From: an uncultured bacterium
GTDB taxonomy: Bacteria; Planctomycetota; UBA1135; GCA-002686595
DNA length: 64,000 nucleotides
Assembly: GCA_943787795.1 (NCBI GenBank)
Contig: CALSNU010000001.1
Span: 64,001-128,000, forward strand
Reading direction: 5' to 3'
Program-made: the position numbers and the translations under genes
Part shown: in pieces, positions 31,089-41,619 of the stretch
Layout of the letters: each line of letters begins with the position of its first letter
Numbering within the stretch: position 1 is the stretch's first letter
Notes under the pieces: model-generated
Seen by the model: only the letters and a program-made list of their open reading frames with translations
Database searches by the model: none
Told to the model about the DNA's origin: nothing

Positions 31089-31892
31089 TCACATCCAGAT
31101 CGCGACGAGCGCCATCACGCCCGCGCCCAAGAATGCGCAGGCGTACCTCCCGTGGCGGTCCGAATCGGCGGGGAAGAACTCCTCCCGGACGATGTCGAGG
31201 GCCGCGATGTAGAGGAACGTGCCCGCCGCGATCGCCTTGAACCAGGCCGTCACCGCGTGCATGCGCCCTGCGTTGAACTCGAGGTCTGCGAAGAGCCCCA
31301 GCAGGACGCCGGTGCTGGTCGTGCACGCGAAGAAGAGCAGCGCCGGGAGGGCACGACGAACGGAGACGCCCGCTCGCTGGAATGTGGTGCCGAGCGCGAA
31401 GCCCGCCGAGCCCTTGTGGGCGAGGATTGCGATGAGCAGCACCAGGAACGAAGCCTGCGCCTCATCCGTCCCCAGAGCGACGCCCGCGATCAGGGAGTGA
31501 ATGGAGAGCGTCGCCAGGAGCAGGTAGGGCGTCGCAGACGAGGCCGACGCGGCCCCGACGAAGGCGTCCGATTCGAGGTCCCCGGTCGAGGGTCCGTCGG
31601 CCGCAGCGCCGGTCGCGACGACCCGTTCGATGGCGAGCACCAGCAGGAAGGCTGCGGTGGCGATGGCGTAGGCGACCGGATAGTCGAGGTCGGGGTGGAT
31701 CTCGGTGAAGTCGCCCACCGCGTCACCGAGCAGATGGACAAGGCCCGCGGCCAGCAGGACGCCGCCTGCGAAGGCGTTGCCCCTCGACATCGCACCGGGC
31801 GAGACCCGGGTCCGCATGACCAAGGGCAGCAGCGCGCCTCCGGCGCCCACGAGGAAGATCACGATGATCGCGATGATCTGAATAGTGGTCAT
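31089..31892 (-). CDS. ZIP family metal transporter
   Basis: FAGGVLLAAGLVHLL, LSIHSLIAGVALG, AILAHK, AGTFLYIA. Confidence 0.92.
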   Translation of the reverse strand: MTTIQIIAIIVIFLVGAGGALLPLVMRTRVSPGAMSRGNAFAGGVLLAAGLVHLLGDAVGDFTEIHPDLDYPVAYAIATAAFLLVLAIERVVATGAAADGPSTGDLESDAFVGAASASSATPYLLLATLSIHSLIAGVALGTDEAQASFLVLLIAILAHKGSAGFALGTTFQRAGVSVRRALPALLFFACTTSTGVLLGLFADLEFNAGRMHAVTAWFKAIAAGTFLYIAALDIVREEFFPADSDRHGRYACAFLGAGVMALVAIWM

Positions 31893-32405
31893 GGGGGCTC
31901 AGGTGATCGGCTCGGGGTGGATACCGGTTCCTGTCGAACCGGCGTCCTGGGCCCGCACGCTATCCACGTAGTCCACTCCAGGGCAACGGCGGGCGCGCTT
32001 GAAGACGGGATTTCAGCCCGGGCGACTCGAGAGGGCATCTTGCTGAGGAGAGCTGCTCACCGCCCTCGGGAGCGGACGTCTCGTCGGGCGACGAGTGGGC
32101 CAGAGACTCGCGCTGTGATCGGCGGGTGAAGATCCCGAGCCCACGGCGCCGCGAGCGGCGTCGGAGCGGTCATTGGCGCCGCTCGAGGGACTCCATCAGG
32201 GTCCGGCTCAGGCCGGCGGCGTGGAGGGGGCCGGGGCGGTCGCCGTGGCTCGGGAGCGGCGCGGGCTCTTCGTTCCTGGGGCCGCCACCAAGGAGCGGAG
32301 GTGGCCGGTTGGTCTTGCCAGATCACCCCCGCGGAGGACTCCGGTCCTTCCTCTCCGAGACCTCGAGGGGTGACAGCTGCAGCATGGCCTCGATACTCTG
32401 GCCGG

Positions 32406-32978
32406 ATGCGTACGACGACCTTCGCCTTGGCCTGGCTCCTCATGGCTTGCTCGAACCAGGCTCCCCTGGAAGCGGAGGCCACCGGCCAGCAACCGCCGGC
32501 TCTCGAAGCGCCCTCGGATTCGACGCCGGCGTCCGAGCCGGACCCTGTGTTGGCCGTGAAGCCAGAACCTCTGGGCCATGTGATCCGGCAGAAGGGCCAG
32601 TCGAAGCACGGGCCCTTGAGCGTCGAGATCTCGGAGAAGGACGGCTCGCTGTTCTACCAGGTCTCCTTCCTGGTCCGCGTCGATGGGGAGGAGCGGACAG
32701 GGGGCGGCTGTGGATCCAACTTCACCGAGGACCCGGAGGGGCCGTGGTTCGTCTACCTGGTCTCGACTCACGAGCTCTATGCCTACGGCGGTGGCGGCAT
32801 GCTCAGCCATCAGACCATCGAGGTGGAGCCCGCCGACGACTCGGCGGCCGCAGCCGATGGCCATGTGCGATTCAACTGCGTGATGAAAGCCCTCACAGCC
32901 GGGCCACGTTGGAACCCCGGCGAGGAGCTGCGGGCGACTCTCCCCCTGCCGCTGTTGGAGCTGATCGAGGGGAGCTGA
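32406..32978 (+). CDS. Hypothetical lipoprotein
   Basis: MRTTTFALAWLLMAC lipobox, Pro/Glu linker, beta-rich domain. Confidence 0.65.
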   Translation: MRTTTFALAWLLMACSNQAPLEAEATGQQPPALEAPSDSTPASEPDPVLAVKPEPLGHVIRQKGQSKHGPLSVEISEKDGSLFYQVSFLVRVDGEERTGGGCGSNFTEDPEGPWFVYLVSTHELYAYGGGGMLSHQTIEVEPADDSAAAADGHVRFNCVMKALTAGPRWNPGEELRATLPLPLLELIEGS

Positions 32979-33160
32979 AGCGTCCGTCGGTGCCCCCGGC
33001 CTTGGGTTCGGGCCCGCCTACGTGGCGATGGGTGCGGGTCGAGGGGTGCCCCCAAGGGCCGCGGAGCAGGGGCCGTCCTGGCGCGGTTCTCACCCGATCG
33101 CCTCGGGATCCACGGCCGTCCCTGGAGCGATAGGGTCGAGGACGTGCACCAAGGCAGGGC

Positions 33161-34171
33161 TCATCGAGGCCTGACGCCGTCCTGTCGCTCTCGTCCACGG
33201 CGGCGAAGCAGCTCACGGCGGCGGCTCATGGACGGTGCCTCCTCCGGCGATCGAGGCTGGGGGCGGCTGTCGCCGACGAGGCGCAGGGCCCGGTCCGCGA
33301 CCGCGACCTCGACCGGCTGGCCCCAGGGCAGCGCCAGGCAGTCGCCCTCGATCCCGTCCCCGAAGACGACGCCGTCCTCCATCTCGGACTCGATGCGAAG
33401 CGGCGCGCGCCGCTCCAGGACCCCGGAGGTCCGGGTGGTCCTCGTCGCCGGGCTCTCCCAGGCTTCGCGCACGAACCAGGCCAGCCGGGGCTCGCTCGGC
33501 TCCGGGAGGCGCGTCTTCATGCGGCGCTGCCGGGCGATGGATGAAGCCCACCCCGTGGCGCCTGTGCCGGTGGCGACGATCAAGCCTGAGGACGACTGCC
33601 GCTCCATTCCGCCCGCCTCGCACAGGCGATAGCGCGCGCTCTGGTGGCTGCGGTGCCCGACGAAGATCTCGTTGAGGGCGTACAGGCTCGGGCCGCCGTC
33701 GAGCCGCGCCACCACCATCGTGCGCTCCTCGAGCGCGCTGCGCCCCGCGACGAGGTCCGCGAGGTGGTCCGCCAGGGAGGCGGCCTCGTGGGGGACCAGC
33801 ACGCCGGCATTGCGCCCTGGCTCGGGGTCGATCCCGATCACCGGCTGTCCGTCCAGGTACTTGGCCACGTTGGCCACCAGGCCGTCCTGTCCGATGGCCA
33901 CGACGACGTCGTTCGGCTCGAACAGGAAGCGATCCAGGTCGCTCCGTCCGACCGAGGTCCGGCGCCAGTCGGTGGGGATCGACCGGGACACGACCTTGGT
34001 CGCCCCATCGAAGACACGCTGCTGCTGCTCGGCATCCTCGATGGAGCCGCCGCGGGTCTCCAGGAAGAACCGCGCCTGCTGGCGGGTCCCGTGCCGACCG
34101 AGCAGCTGATCGAGCTCGGTCGGCCGCGTGACCACCACGACACGGGGAAAGAGGGGAGCAGAGAAGCCCAT
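33161..34171 (-). CDS. nrtY: NAD-kinase-like protein (NrtY type)
   Basis: GQDGLVANVAKYL, ALNEIF, SSGLIVATGTGATGW, FGDGIEGD; last gene of the nrtR-SPFH operon. Confidence 0.85.
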   Translation of the reverse strand: MGFSAPLFPRVVVVTRPTELDQLLGRHGTRQQARFFLETRGGSIEDAEQQQRVFDGATKVVSRSIPTDWRRTSVGRSDLDRFLFEPNDVVVAIGQDGLVANVAKYLDGQPVIGIDPEPGRNAGVLVPHEAASLADHLADLVAGRSALEERTMVVARLDGGPSLYALNEIFVGHRSHQSARYRLCEAGGMERQSSSGLIVATGTGATGWASSIARQRRMKTRLPEPSEPRLAWFVREAWESPATRTTRTSGVLERRAPLRIESEMEDGVVFGDGIEGDCLALPWGQPVEVAVADRALRLVGDSRPQPRSPEEAPSMSRRRELLRRRGRERQDGVRPR

Positions 34172-34174
34172 GCC

Positions 34175-35308
34175 CTAGCGCCTCTCGCGCCCCGGGGAGC
34201 TCAGGGCCTTGGTGCCGGCCTCCATCAGGTCCCCGAAGAGGTTCGAGAGCATGTCGGGGCTGATGTTGAGGTGCTCGATGCGGCGCAGCTTCCCGGCGAA
34301 CTCGCGGGCGGCGAGGCCGAGCATCACGTTGGACGGGAGGTCGCGGTAGATGCCGATGCGCTCCCGCTCGGCGCCGACCCGTGCCTGCTCGACGGCGACG
34401 ATGCCTTCGGCCTCGGCGGCGGACCGGATCCGTGCCTCCTGGGCCTTGGCCTCGGCGGTGACCCCGAGCTGCTCGGCCTCGGCCTCCGCAGAGATCCGGA
34501 GTCGCTCGGCCTCGGCCTCCGCAGAGATCCGGAGCTGCTCGGCCTTGGCCTCCACAGAGATCCGGTTGGCCTCGGCCTCCTCGGCGGCCCGCTTGCGGGT
34601 GTTCTCACCCTGCCGGTCGATCAGGTTGGCCTCGCGGGCGGCGAGCTCGATCCGGTTCTGCAGCTCGTTCTCACCGATCGCCCGCTCCTTCTCCACCGCG
34701 AGCGCTCGGCGCTCGAAGGTGGCCTGGTCGGCCTTCTGCTGCATGGCCTCGAGGGCCGGCGTCTGGAGAGCACGCTCAAGCTCCGCGCTGGGCGCGACCT
34801 TGCTGATCGAGACGGAGACCACCTCGATGCCGAGCTCCTCCAGGACCTTCAGCCCCTCGAGCCCCTCCCTCACGCCGTCCCTCACCACCTCGATGCCTCG
34901 CTCGAGGTGGACCCGAACGTCGAGCTGCGTGAGGGCCGCGAGCGCGAGCTGCTGCACCTGCTCGGTCAGGACATCGGACAGCTGCTCCAGGGGCTTCTCG
35001 ATCCAGTGGCCCTCGGCGAGGTCGATCGAGAAATCGACGCGCTCCGCCACACGCTCGGGGTCCGTGACGCGCCAGGTCAACATGCCCTGGGCGGTCATCT
35101 CCTGGAAGTCGGCCGAGCGGCCGCGCACCAGGAAGGTCAGGTCGCGGTCGTCGCAGGGGACCTCCGCGATGGCCGCGGTCAGCGGCTGGAACCAGTACGA
35201 GAGTCCGCGCCCGCTGCGCTGCAGGCTGCCGCGGCTCCAGTGCAGGACGTGACGGCTGGGCTCGCTGCGTAGGTGACGCAGGACGGGGAACTTGCTGATC
35301 TGGACCAT
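34175..35308 (-). CDS. nrtX: SPFH/band 7 domain protein (NrtX type)
   Basis: G.GLSYWF.P, RSADFQE, QQKADQATFERRALAVEKERAIGENELQNRIELA, IEHLNISPD. Confidence 0.88.
   Translation of the reverse strand: MVQISKFPVLRHLRSEPSRHVLHWSRGSLQRSGRGLSYWFQPLTAAIAEVPCDDRDLTFLVRGRSADFQEMTAQGMLTWRVTDPERVAERVDFSIDLAEGHWIEKPLEQLSDVLTEQVQQLALAALTQLDVRVHLERGIEVVRDGVREGLEGLKVLEELGIEVVSVSISKVAPSAELERALQTPALEAMQQKADQATFERRALAVEKERAIGENELQNRIELAAREANLIDRQGENTRKRAAEEAEANRISVEAKAEQLRISAEAEAERLRISAEAEAEQLGVTAEAKAQEARIRSAAEAEGIVAVEQARVGAERERIGIYRDLPSNVMLGLAAREFAGKLRRIEHLNISPDMLSNLFGDLMEAGTKALSSPGRERR
34410..34590 (-). repeat. In-frame 33-bp (11-aa) tandem repeat in the SPFH coiled coil
   Basis: EAEANRISV/EAKAEQLRISA/EAEAERLRISA/EAEAEQLGVTA/EAKAQEARIRS; two near-identical DNA copies of gctcggcctcggcctccgcagagatccggag. 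Confidence 0.85.
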
Positions 35309-35326
35309 GATGATCTCTCCTTGGGT

Positions 35327-36049
35327 TCAAACGGCCGAGGCCTGGTGGATTCGATAGAGCTCGGCGGGACGGTGCAGCACGTTCTGCTCCCGCTCGCCGG
35401 TGGGTTCGATGAGGCCGGTCGCGAGCATCCGGCGGCGGAATGAGTCCTTGTTGAGCTCGCGCCCGAGGATCGTCTCGTGCACGGTCTGAAGGTCGCGGAG
35501 GGTGAAGCGGTCCGGCAGGAGCTGGAAGCCGAGGGCGGCGTAGTCGAGCTTCCCGCGCAGGCGCTTCACTGCGGCTCCCAGGATCTCTGCGTGGTCGAAG
35601 GCGAGGTCCATGCCCTCGACCTCGACGGGCCCTCCCTCCTCGCCCTCCCAAGGGACCTGCAGCTCCGCGAGGGGGCGGCCCGTCGCCTCCAGTCGCGCGT
35701 GGTCCACGAGCGCCACGTACGCCACCGAGATGACCCGGGTCCTCGGGTCGCGCCCCAGAGAGCCGAAGGAGTAGAGCTGCTCCAGGAAGATGCCCTCGAG
35801 GCCGCCCTTGTCCCGCAGCACCCGCGCCGCCGCGTCGTCCAGGGACTCGTTCATGCCGACGAAGCCTCCCGGGAGCGCCCACGCGCCCCGCTGGGGCGGC
35901 TCGACCCGCTCGACGAGGAGGACCCTCAGGCCGCCCTCGTGGACGGTGAGGAGCGCCACGTCGACCGCCACGGAGGGTCGTTCAAACTCGCTGGCGTCGT
36001 ATCCCGCGAGGAACTGAGCGTCCTCAGATCTAATATCGGCGTCATGCAT
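35327..36049 (-). CDS. nrtR: NrtR family Nudix-wHTH transcriptional regulator
   Basis: PSVAVDV, WALPGGFV with degenerate Nudix box (AARVLRDKGG), LEQLYSFG..GRDPRTRVISVAY, LAFDH, FTLRDLQ, FRRRML, RPAELY. Confidence 0.92.
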   Translation of the reverse strand: MHDADIRSEDAQFLAGYDASEFERPSVAVDVALLTVHEGGLRVLLVERVEPPQRGAWALPGGFVGMNESLDDAAARVLRDKGGLEGIFLEQLYSFGSLGRDPRTRVISVAYVALVDHARLEATGRPLAELQVPWEGEEGGPVEVEGMDLAFDHAEILGAAVKRLRGKLDYAALGFQLLPDRFTLRDLQTVHETILGRELNKDSFRRRMLATGLIEPTGEREQNVLHRPAELYRIHQASAV

Positions 36050-36059
36050 ATATGCATGA
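36042..36059. promoter_or_regulatory. Perfect 18-bp palindrome over the nrtR -10 box and start codon (candidate operator)
   Basis: tcatgcatatatgcatga is its own reverse complement; minus strand reads TATCAT-gcatat-ATG. Confidence 0.6.
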
Positions 36060-36151
36060 TAGCGCAAAGTGCAGCGGCGCCGAACGGGGGACTTGAGAAA
36101 ACGTCAGGGCCGCGCCTGGGGAGGGGCCAACCCGAGCGCCTTCACGACGAA

Positions 36152-36187
36152 GCGGGCCGCGCCGGGGAGGTCCCCGGCGCGGCCCGC
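36152..36187 (-). terminator. Hairpin downstream of groEL
   Basis: gcgggccgcgccgggg-aggt-ccccggcgcggcccgc, perfect 16-bp stem. Confidence 0.7.
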
Positions 36188-36229
36188 GCGATTCCGTCCT
36201 TGGTGCGCCCGGGTGGGGGCGCGGAGGGA

Positions 36230-37852
<1,623 letters not shown>

Positions 37853-37891
37853 GGGATGGTGGTGGTCAGGGGTGGAGCGGAGTCAGCTCGA

Positions 37892-38203
37892 TCAGCCGAT
37901 GATCGCGAGGATGTCGTCCTCGCGCATGATGATGTACTCCGCGCCGTCGTGCTTGACGTCGGTGCCGGCGTACGAGGTGAAGAGGACGCGGTCGCCCTTG
38001 GAGACGCAGAAGGTGCTCTTGTCCCCGTTGTCGAGGGTCTTGCCGTCACCGGTGGCGACGATGATCCCTTCCTTCGGCTTCTCCTTGGCGCTCTCGGGGA
38101 GCAGGATGCCGCCGGCGGTCTTCTCTTCGGCCTCAACGCGCTGGATGAGGACGCGGTCCCCGAGGGGGCGGATGGCGACGTTCTTCTTGGTCTTGGTGGC
38201 CAT
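37892..38203 (-). CDS. groS: Co-chaperonin GroES
   Basis: [46 protein letters not shown]. Confidence 0.99.
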   Translation of the reverse strand: MATKTKKNVAIRPLGDRVLIQRVEAEEKTAGGILLPESAKEKPKEGIIVATGDGKTLDNGDKSTFCVSKGDRVLFTSYAGTDVKHDGAEYIIMREDDILAIIG

Positions 38204-38317
38204 GATGGGTTCGCGCCGCGTACGGCGCCGATTGCTTTCGTGGGGGTCTAGTGGAGGGGGAGTAAAGTCGATGGCGCCGCGCGGCAGAGGCCAGCGCGAC
38301 GTCGAATGGTGTTCGGG

Positions 38318-38749
38318 CTAGCTGGCGCGGCCCCAGACCTCGTCGAGGACGCGCTGGACTTCTTGGCGCAGCTCGAGGGGTTGGACCGGCTTGCGGAGGA
38401 AGGCGCGGGCGCCCTTGTCCAGGGCCCAGCTCGCGACGCCCTCGGAGGCGGCGCCGGACCAGAGGATGCAGGGAAGCTCGGGCCGCTGGCCCTGGAGCAG
38501 GCTGAAGAGCGCCAGCCCGCCGTCGCCCGGCTCGAGGCCGAGGTCGTTGGGCTGCTGGGGCGGGGGCATGTGGACGTCCGCCAGCACCAGGTGGAGGGGC
38601 TCGCCTGCATCGAAGGCGCGCTCGACCACGACCATGGCCTCTTCGCCGTCTCCAGCCTCCACGACGGTGAGGCCCGTGCCAACGAGGAGCTCAGCGGCTC
38701 CCTGTCGCACACAGGTGTCGTCGTCGGCAATGAGGATTCGGCGGTCCAT
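38318..38749 (-). CDS. Stand-alone response regulator receiver domain
   Basis: ILIADDD, LVLADVHMP (phospho-Asp), ILWSG, FLRKP; Pro-rich insert after the Asp. Confidence 0.9.
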   Translation of the reverse strand: MDRRILIADDDTCVRQGAAELLVGTGLTVVEAGDGEEAMVVVERAFDAGEPLHLVLADVHMPPPQQPNDLGLEPGDGGLALFSLLQGQRPELPCILWSGAASEGVASWALDKGARAFLRKPVQPLELRQEVQRVLDEVWGRAS

Positions 38750-38764
38750 GGTCTCGCACCAGGG

Positions 38765-38780
38765 TGCAAACGGCGTGCCG
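38765..38780 (-). promoter_or_regulatory. Sigma-54 (-24/-12) promoter
   Basis: Minus strand CGGCACGCCGTTTGCA, exact GG-N10-GC spacing, 15 nt before the receiver ATG. Confidence 0.75.
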
Positions 38781-38880
38781 CTTCTCGGGCGGGCCCCCGC
38801 GCCCGTCCAGAGCCGGGGCCCGCGGGCCCTGCCGGACGGCCCAGGTCCCCCCTCCGGGCCCTCCTGCGGGTGATTGCCCG

Positions 38881-38935
38881 CTGCCAACGTGGCAGGGAGT
38901 CTGCGGCGCGTCATTCCACCCTGTCACCGTGGCAG
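38881..38935. promoter_or_regulatory. Two palindromic boxes CTG(C/T)CA-N3-TGGCAG, candidate activator sites
   Basis: ctgccaacgtggcag at 38881-38895 and ctgtcaccgtggcag at 38921-38935; starts 40 bp apart, 100-155 bp upstream of the sigma-54 site. Confidence 0.65.
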
Positions 38936-38982
38936 GGCGATCGACCGGGGGATCGGTGGCCGCGCGACGCTACCTTGTGAGC

Positions 38983-40065
38983 ATGCTGCCCGTCTTTGAT
39001 TGCCACGCGGACGCCCTCCAGAGGGCCCTCGACCTCGGTCATGACCTCGGTCAGGAAACCCACGGTCACCTGGACCTCGTCCGGGGCCGCCGGGGAGGCC
39101 TCGCCGCGGTGGTCCTCACCGCCTGGATTGACGGGTCCTATGCCGGGGAGGCGGGCGCCGCCAAGCGGCGGACGAACGCCCTCCTCGACGCGGCCGACGA
39201 CCTGTTCGCTCGGCACCCCGAGAGCCTGCGAAGGGTGGTGGACGGGGCAGATCTCGTGGAGCCAGACCCTGGCCGTCTCATGGGTGTGCTCGCCATCGAG
39301 GGCGGGCACGCCATCGAGGACGACCTCGACCAGCTGGATCACTACGCCGCGCGAGGGGTGCGGGTCATGACGCTGACCTGGAACAACCACCTCTCCTGGG
39401 CGCGCTCTTGCCGCGACGGTGCTGGGCCGAACGTTCCGGAGGGGCTCTCGGACTTCGGGGTCCGTGTCGTGAAGCGCATGGGAGAGCTGGGCATGCTCGT
39501 GGATCTTTCCCACGCGGGCGAGCGCACGTTCTTTGACGCGCTGGAGGCGGCGGTCGCGCCGCCCATGGTGAGCCACTCCGGCTGCCGCGCTCTGAGCGAT
39601 CACCCGCGCAACGTGACCGACGATCAGCTCCGCGCCCTCGCCCAGCGCGACGGGGTGCTGGGGATCCCCTTCGCCACGGCCTTCCTTGACGAGGCCGAGC
39701 GGCGGGCAGAGCAGGCGTTCCGCGAGACCGAGCCGTACAAGAGCGCCGGAGGCGACAACGCCACGGAGCGGCTGCTCCTCGAGGGCGACGCCATCCAGTC
39801 CGGGATGCCGCCTTTTCCCCTCGACCGGGTGGCGGATCACGTGCTGCATGCTCTCGAGGTCGCGGGCCCCCGGCATGTGGCCCTGGGCGCGGACTTTGAT
39901 GGCATCGATCGCCGCCCCGCAGGGCTCGAGGATGCGAGCGGCTACCCGGCGCTCCTCGAGGTCCTCGCCCGCCGCGGTGTGGACGAGGAGACGCTGGGCC
40001 TGGTCGCCTATCACAACGCAGCGCGGGCGATCGCGGCGGCGACCTCGCTGGCTGCAGCGCGGTGA
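38983..40065 (+). CDS. Membrane dipeptidase (peptidase M19)
   Basis: FDCHAD, AIEGG, MTLTWN, GLSDFG, LVDLSH, VSHS, HPRNVTD, LGADFDG. Confidence 0.93.
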   Translation: MLPVFDCHADALQRALDLGHDLGQETHGHLDLVRGRRGGLAAVVLTAWIDGSYAGEAGAAKRRTNALLDAADDLFARHPESLRRVVDGADLVEPDPGRLMGVLAIEGGHAIEDDLDQLDHYAARGVRVMTLTWNNHLSWARSCRDGAGPNVPEGLSDFGVRVVKRMGELGMLVDLSHAGERTFFDALEAAVAPPMVSHSGCRALSDHPRNVTDDQLRALAQRDGVLGIPFATAFLDEAERRAEQAFRETEPYKSAGGDNATERLLLEGDAIQSGMPPFPLDRVADHVLHALEVAGPRHVALGADFDGIDRRPAGLEDASGYPALLEVLARRGVDEETLGLVAYHNAARAIAAATSLAAAR

Positions 40066-40093
40066 CGGTGCCGTGATGGTGCCGTGACGGTGC
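40059..40093. repeat. 11-bp tandem repeat x3 spanning the dipeptidase stop codon
   Basis: gcggtgacggt gccgtgatggt gccgtgacggt. Confidence 0.7.
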
Positions 40094-40146
40094 GCGGCGG
40101 TCCGTGGAGGGCAGCAACCCGGGGGCGCAGGTAGACTGCTTCGCCC

Positions 40147-41067
40147 GTGCGCGTCTTCTACTGCGATCACTTCGAGGTGGTGCTGCCTCCCAAGCACCGC
40201 TTCCCCATGCACAAGTACGGTCTGCTCCGGGAGCGGCTCGTGGGGGAGGGAATCGTGGACGAAGGTGACCTCGCGCGGGCGACCACCGCGCCGCTTGAGG
40301 ACCTCTTCGCGGTCCACGACCCCGACTACGTCCAGGGGTTCTTGGACGGGGACCTGCCGCGCAAGGTCGTCCAGCGCATCGGCTTCCCCTGGTCGGAGGA
40401 GATAGTGATGCGCTCCCTCGGGAGCGTGGGGAGCACCCTCGCGGCGGTGGATGCGGCTCTGGAGGACGGTCTCTCAGGGACCCTCGCGGGCGGCACGCAC
40501 CACGCCTATCGAGACTTCGGCTCGGGGTACTGCGTCTTCAATGACCTCGCGGTCGCGGCGCGCCGTGTCCTCGACCGGGGCGCCGTGCAGCGCGTCCTCG
40601 TCTTCGACGTGGATGTCCATCAGGGCGACGGCACCGCGTCCATCTTCGAGGAGGACCCGCGGGTCTTCACCTGTTCGATCCACGGGGAGCGGAACTTCCC
40701 GAGCCGCAAGCAGCGCAGCGACCTCGACGTCCCGCTGCCTGATGACACTGGGGATGAGGCGTACCTCGCGGCCCTCAACGGCGCGCTGGATGAGGCCATG
40801 GAGCGCTCGCGTCCGGACCTCGTGCTCTACCAGGGAGGTGTGGACGTGCTCGAGGTCGACCGGCTCGGCCGCATGGCGCTCAGTGAGGCGGGCGTGGAGG
40901 AGCGGGATCGGCGGGCGCTCTCGCGCTTTCGCGGCGAAGGGCTGCCTGTGGCCCTCACCCTCGGCGGCGGCTACGCGGACCCGGTGGAGGCGTCGGTGGC
41001 GGCCTACGCGGGCACGTATCGCGTGGCGCAGGCGCTCGAGAGCGGTGCCGAAGAGTCTCAGCTGTAA
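40147..41067 (+). CDS. Histone deacetylase family protein
   Basis: HRFPMHKY, GGTHHA, GYCVFNDLA, DVDVHQGDGTA, GVDVLEVD, GGGY. Confidence 0.95.
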   Translation: MRVFYCDHFEVVLPPKHRFPMHKYGLLRERLVGEGIVDEGDLARATTAPLEDLFAVHDPDYVQGFLDGDLPRKVVQRIGFPWSEEIVMRSLGSVGSTLAAVDAALEDGLSGTLAGGTHHAYRDFGSGYCVFNDLAVAARRVLDRGAVQRVLVFDVDVHQGDGTASIFEEDPRVFTCSIHGERNFPSRKQRSDLDVPLPDDTGDEAYLAALNGALDEAMERSRPDLVLYQGGVDVLEVDRLGRMALSEAGVEERDRRALSRFRGEGLPVALTLGGGYADPVEASVAAYAGTYRVAQALESGAEESQL

Positions 41068-41148
41068 CCGGCTCAAGGCGTGATCGTCCTGAGCTCTGAG
41101 GGCGCGCGATGGGTCGCGCTCGAAGACCTTTGAAACGGAGAGAGCGCG

Positions 41149-41619
41149 ATGCGGATCGAGGCCTGTGACGGGACGGATGTGGACGACTTTGTCGTCGTGG
41201 AGGACGGTGACTATCAGATGCGGGTGGGAGAGGTGCGCGCCGTCGAAACAGGGGACGGACGGGCGGCGTGGATGCTCCGCATGGAGCTCACGGACGGCGA
41301 GCTCGCCGGTCGAACAGCGGTCCTGGACTGGCTCAACTTCACCGAGCGCGGGCTGCGACGCGTCCGCATGGTCCTCGCGGCCCTCGGCTTCGATGTGACG
41401 GTGTCCATGGACGTGGAGCCCGAGGAGCTGCTGGGCTGCGAGGCGATGGTCGAGATCGCGACACAGGAGTCCCGGAGGGAGAGCGACGGCCGGCTCCTTC
41501 GTCGTAGCCGGGTGGCCTATGACGGTTGGCGGCCGGTCGCTGCTGGTCAGCCGGTGGCCGATGTTGGGGAGGGCACTGCTGATCGGGAGGTCGCTGGACT
41601 CTTGGCCTCGCACGGCTGA
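41149..41619 (+). CDS. DUF669-like (phage-type, putative OB-fold) protein
   Basis: DF...EDGDY...V, GELAGR...DWLNF, LAALG, EELLG, RVAYDGW; pattern recalled for DUF669. Confidence 0.6.
   Translation: MRIEACDGTDVDDFVVVEDGDYQMRVGEVRAVETGDGRAAWMLRMELTDGELAGRTAVLDWLNFTERGLRRVRMVLAALGFDVTVSMDVEPEELLGCEAMVEIATQESRRESDGRLLRRSRVAYDGWRPVAAGQPVADVGEGTADREVAGLLASHG

Noticed and set aside
38204..38317. CIRCE element upstream of groES
   Set aside because: No TTAGCACTC-N9-GAGTGCTAA match found by eye.
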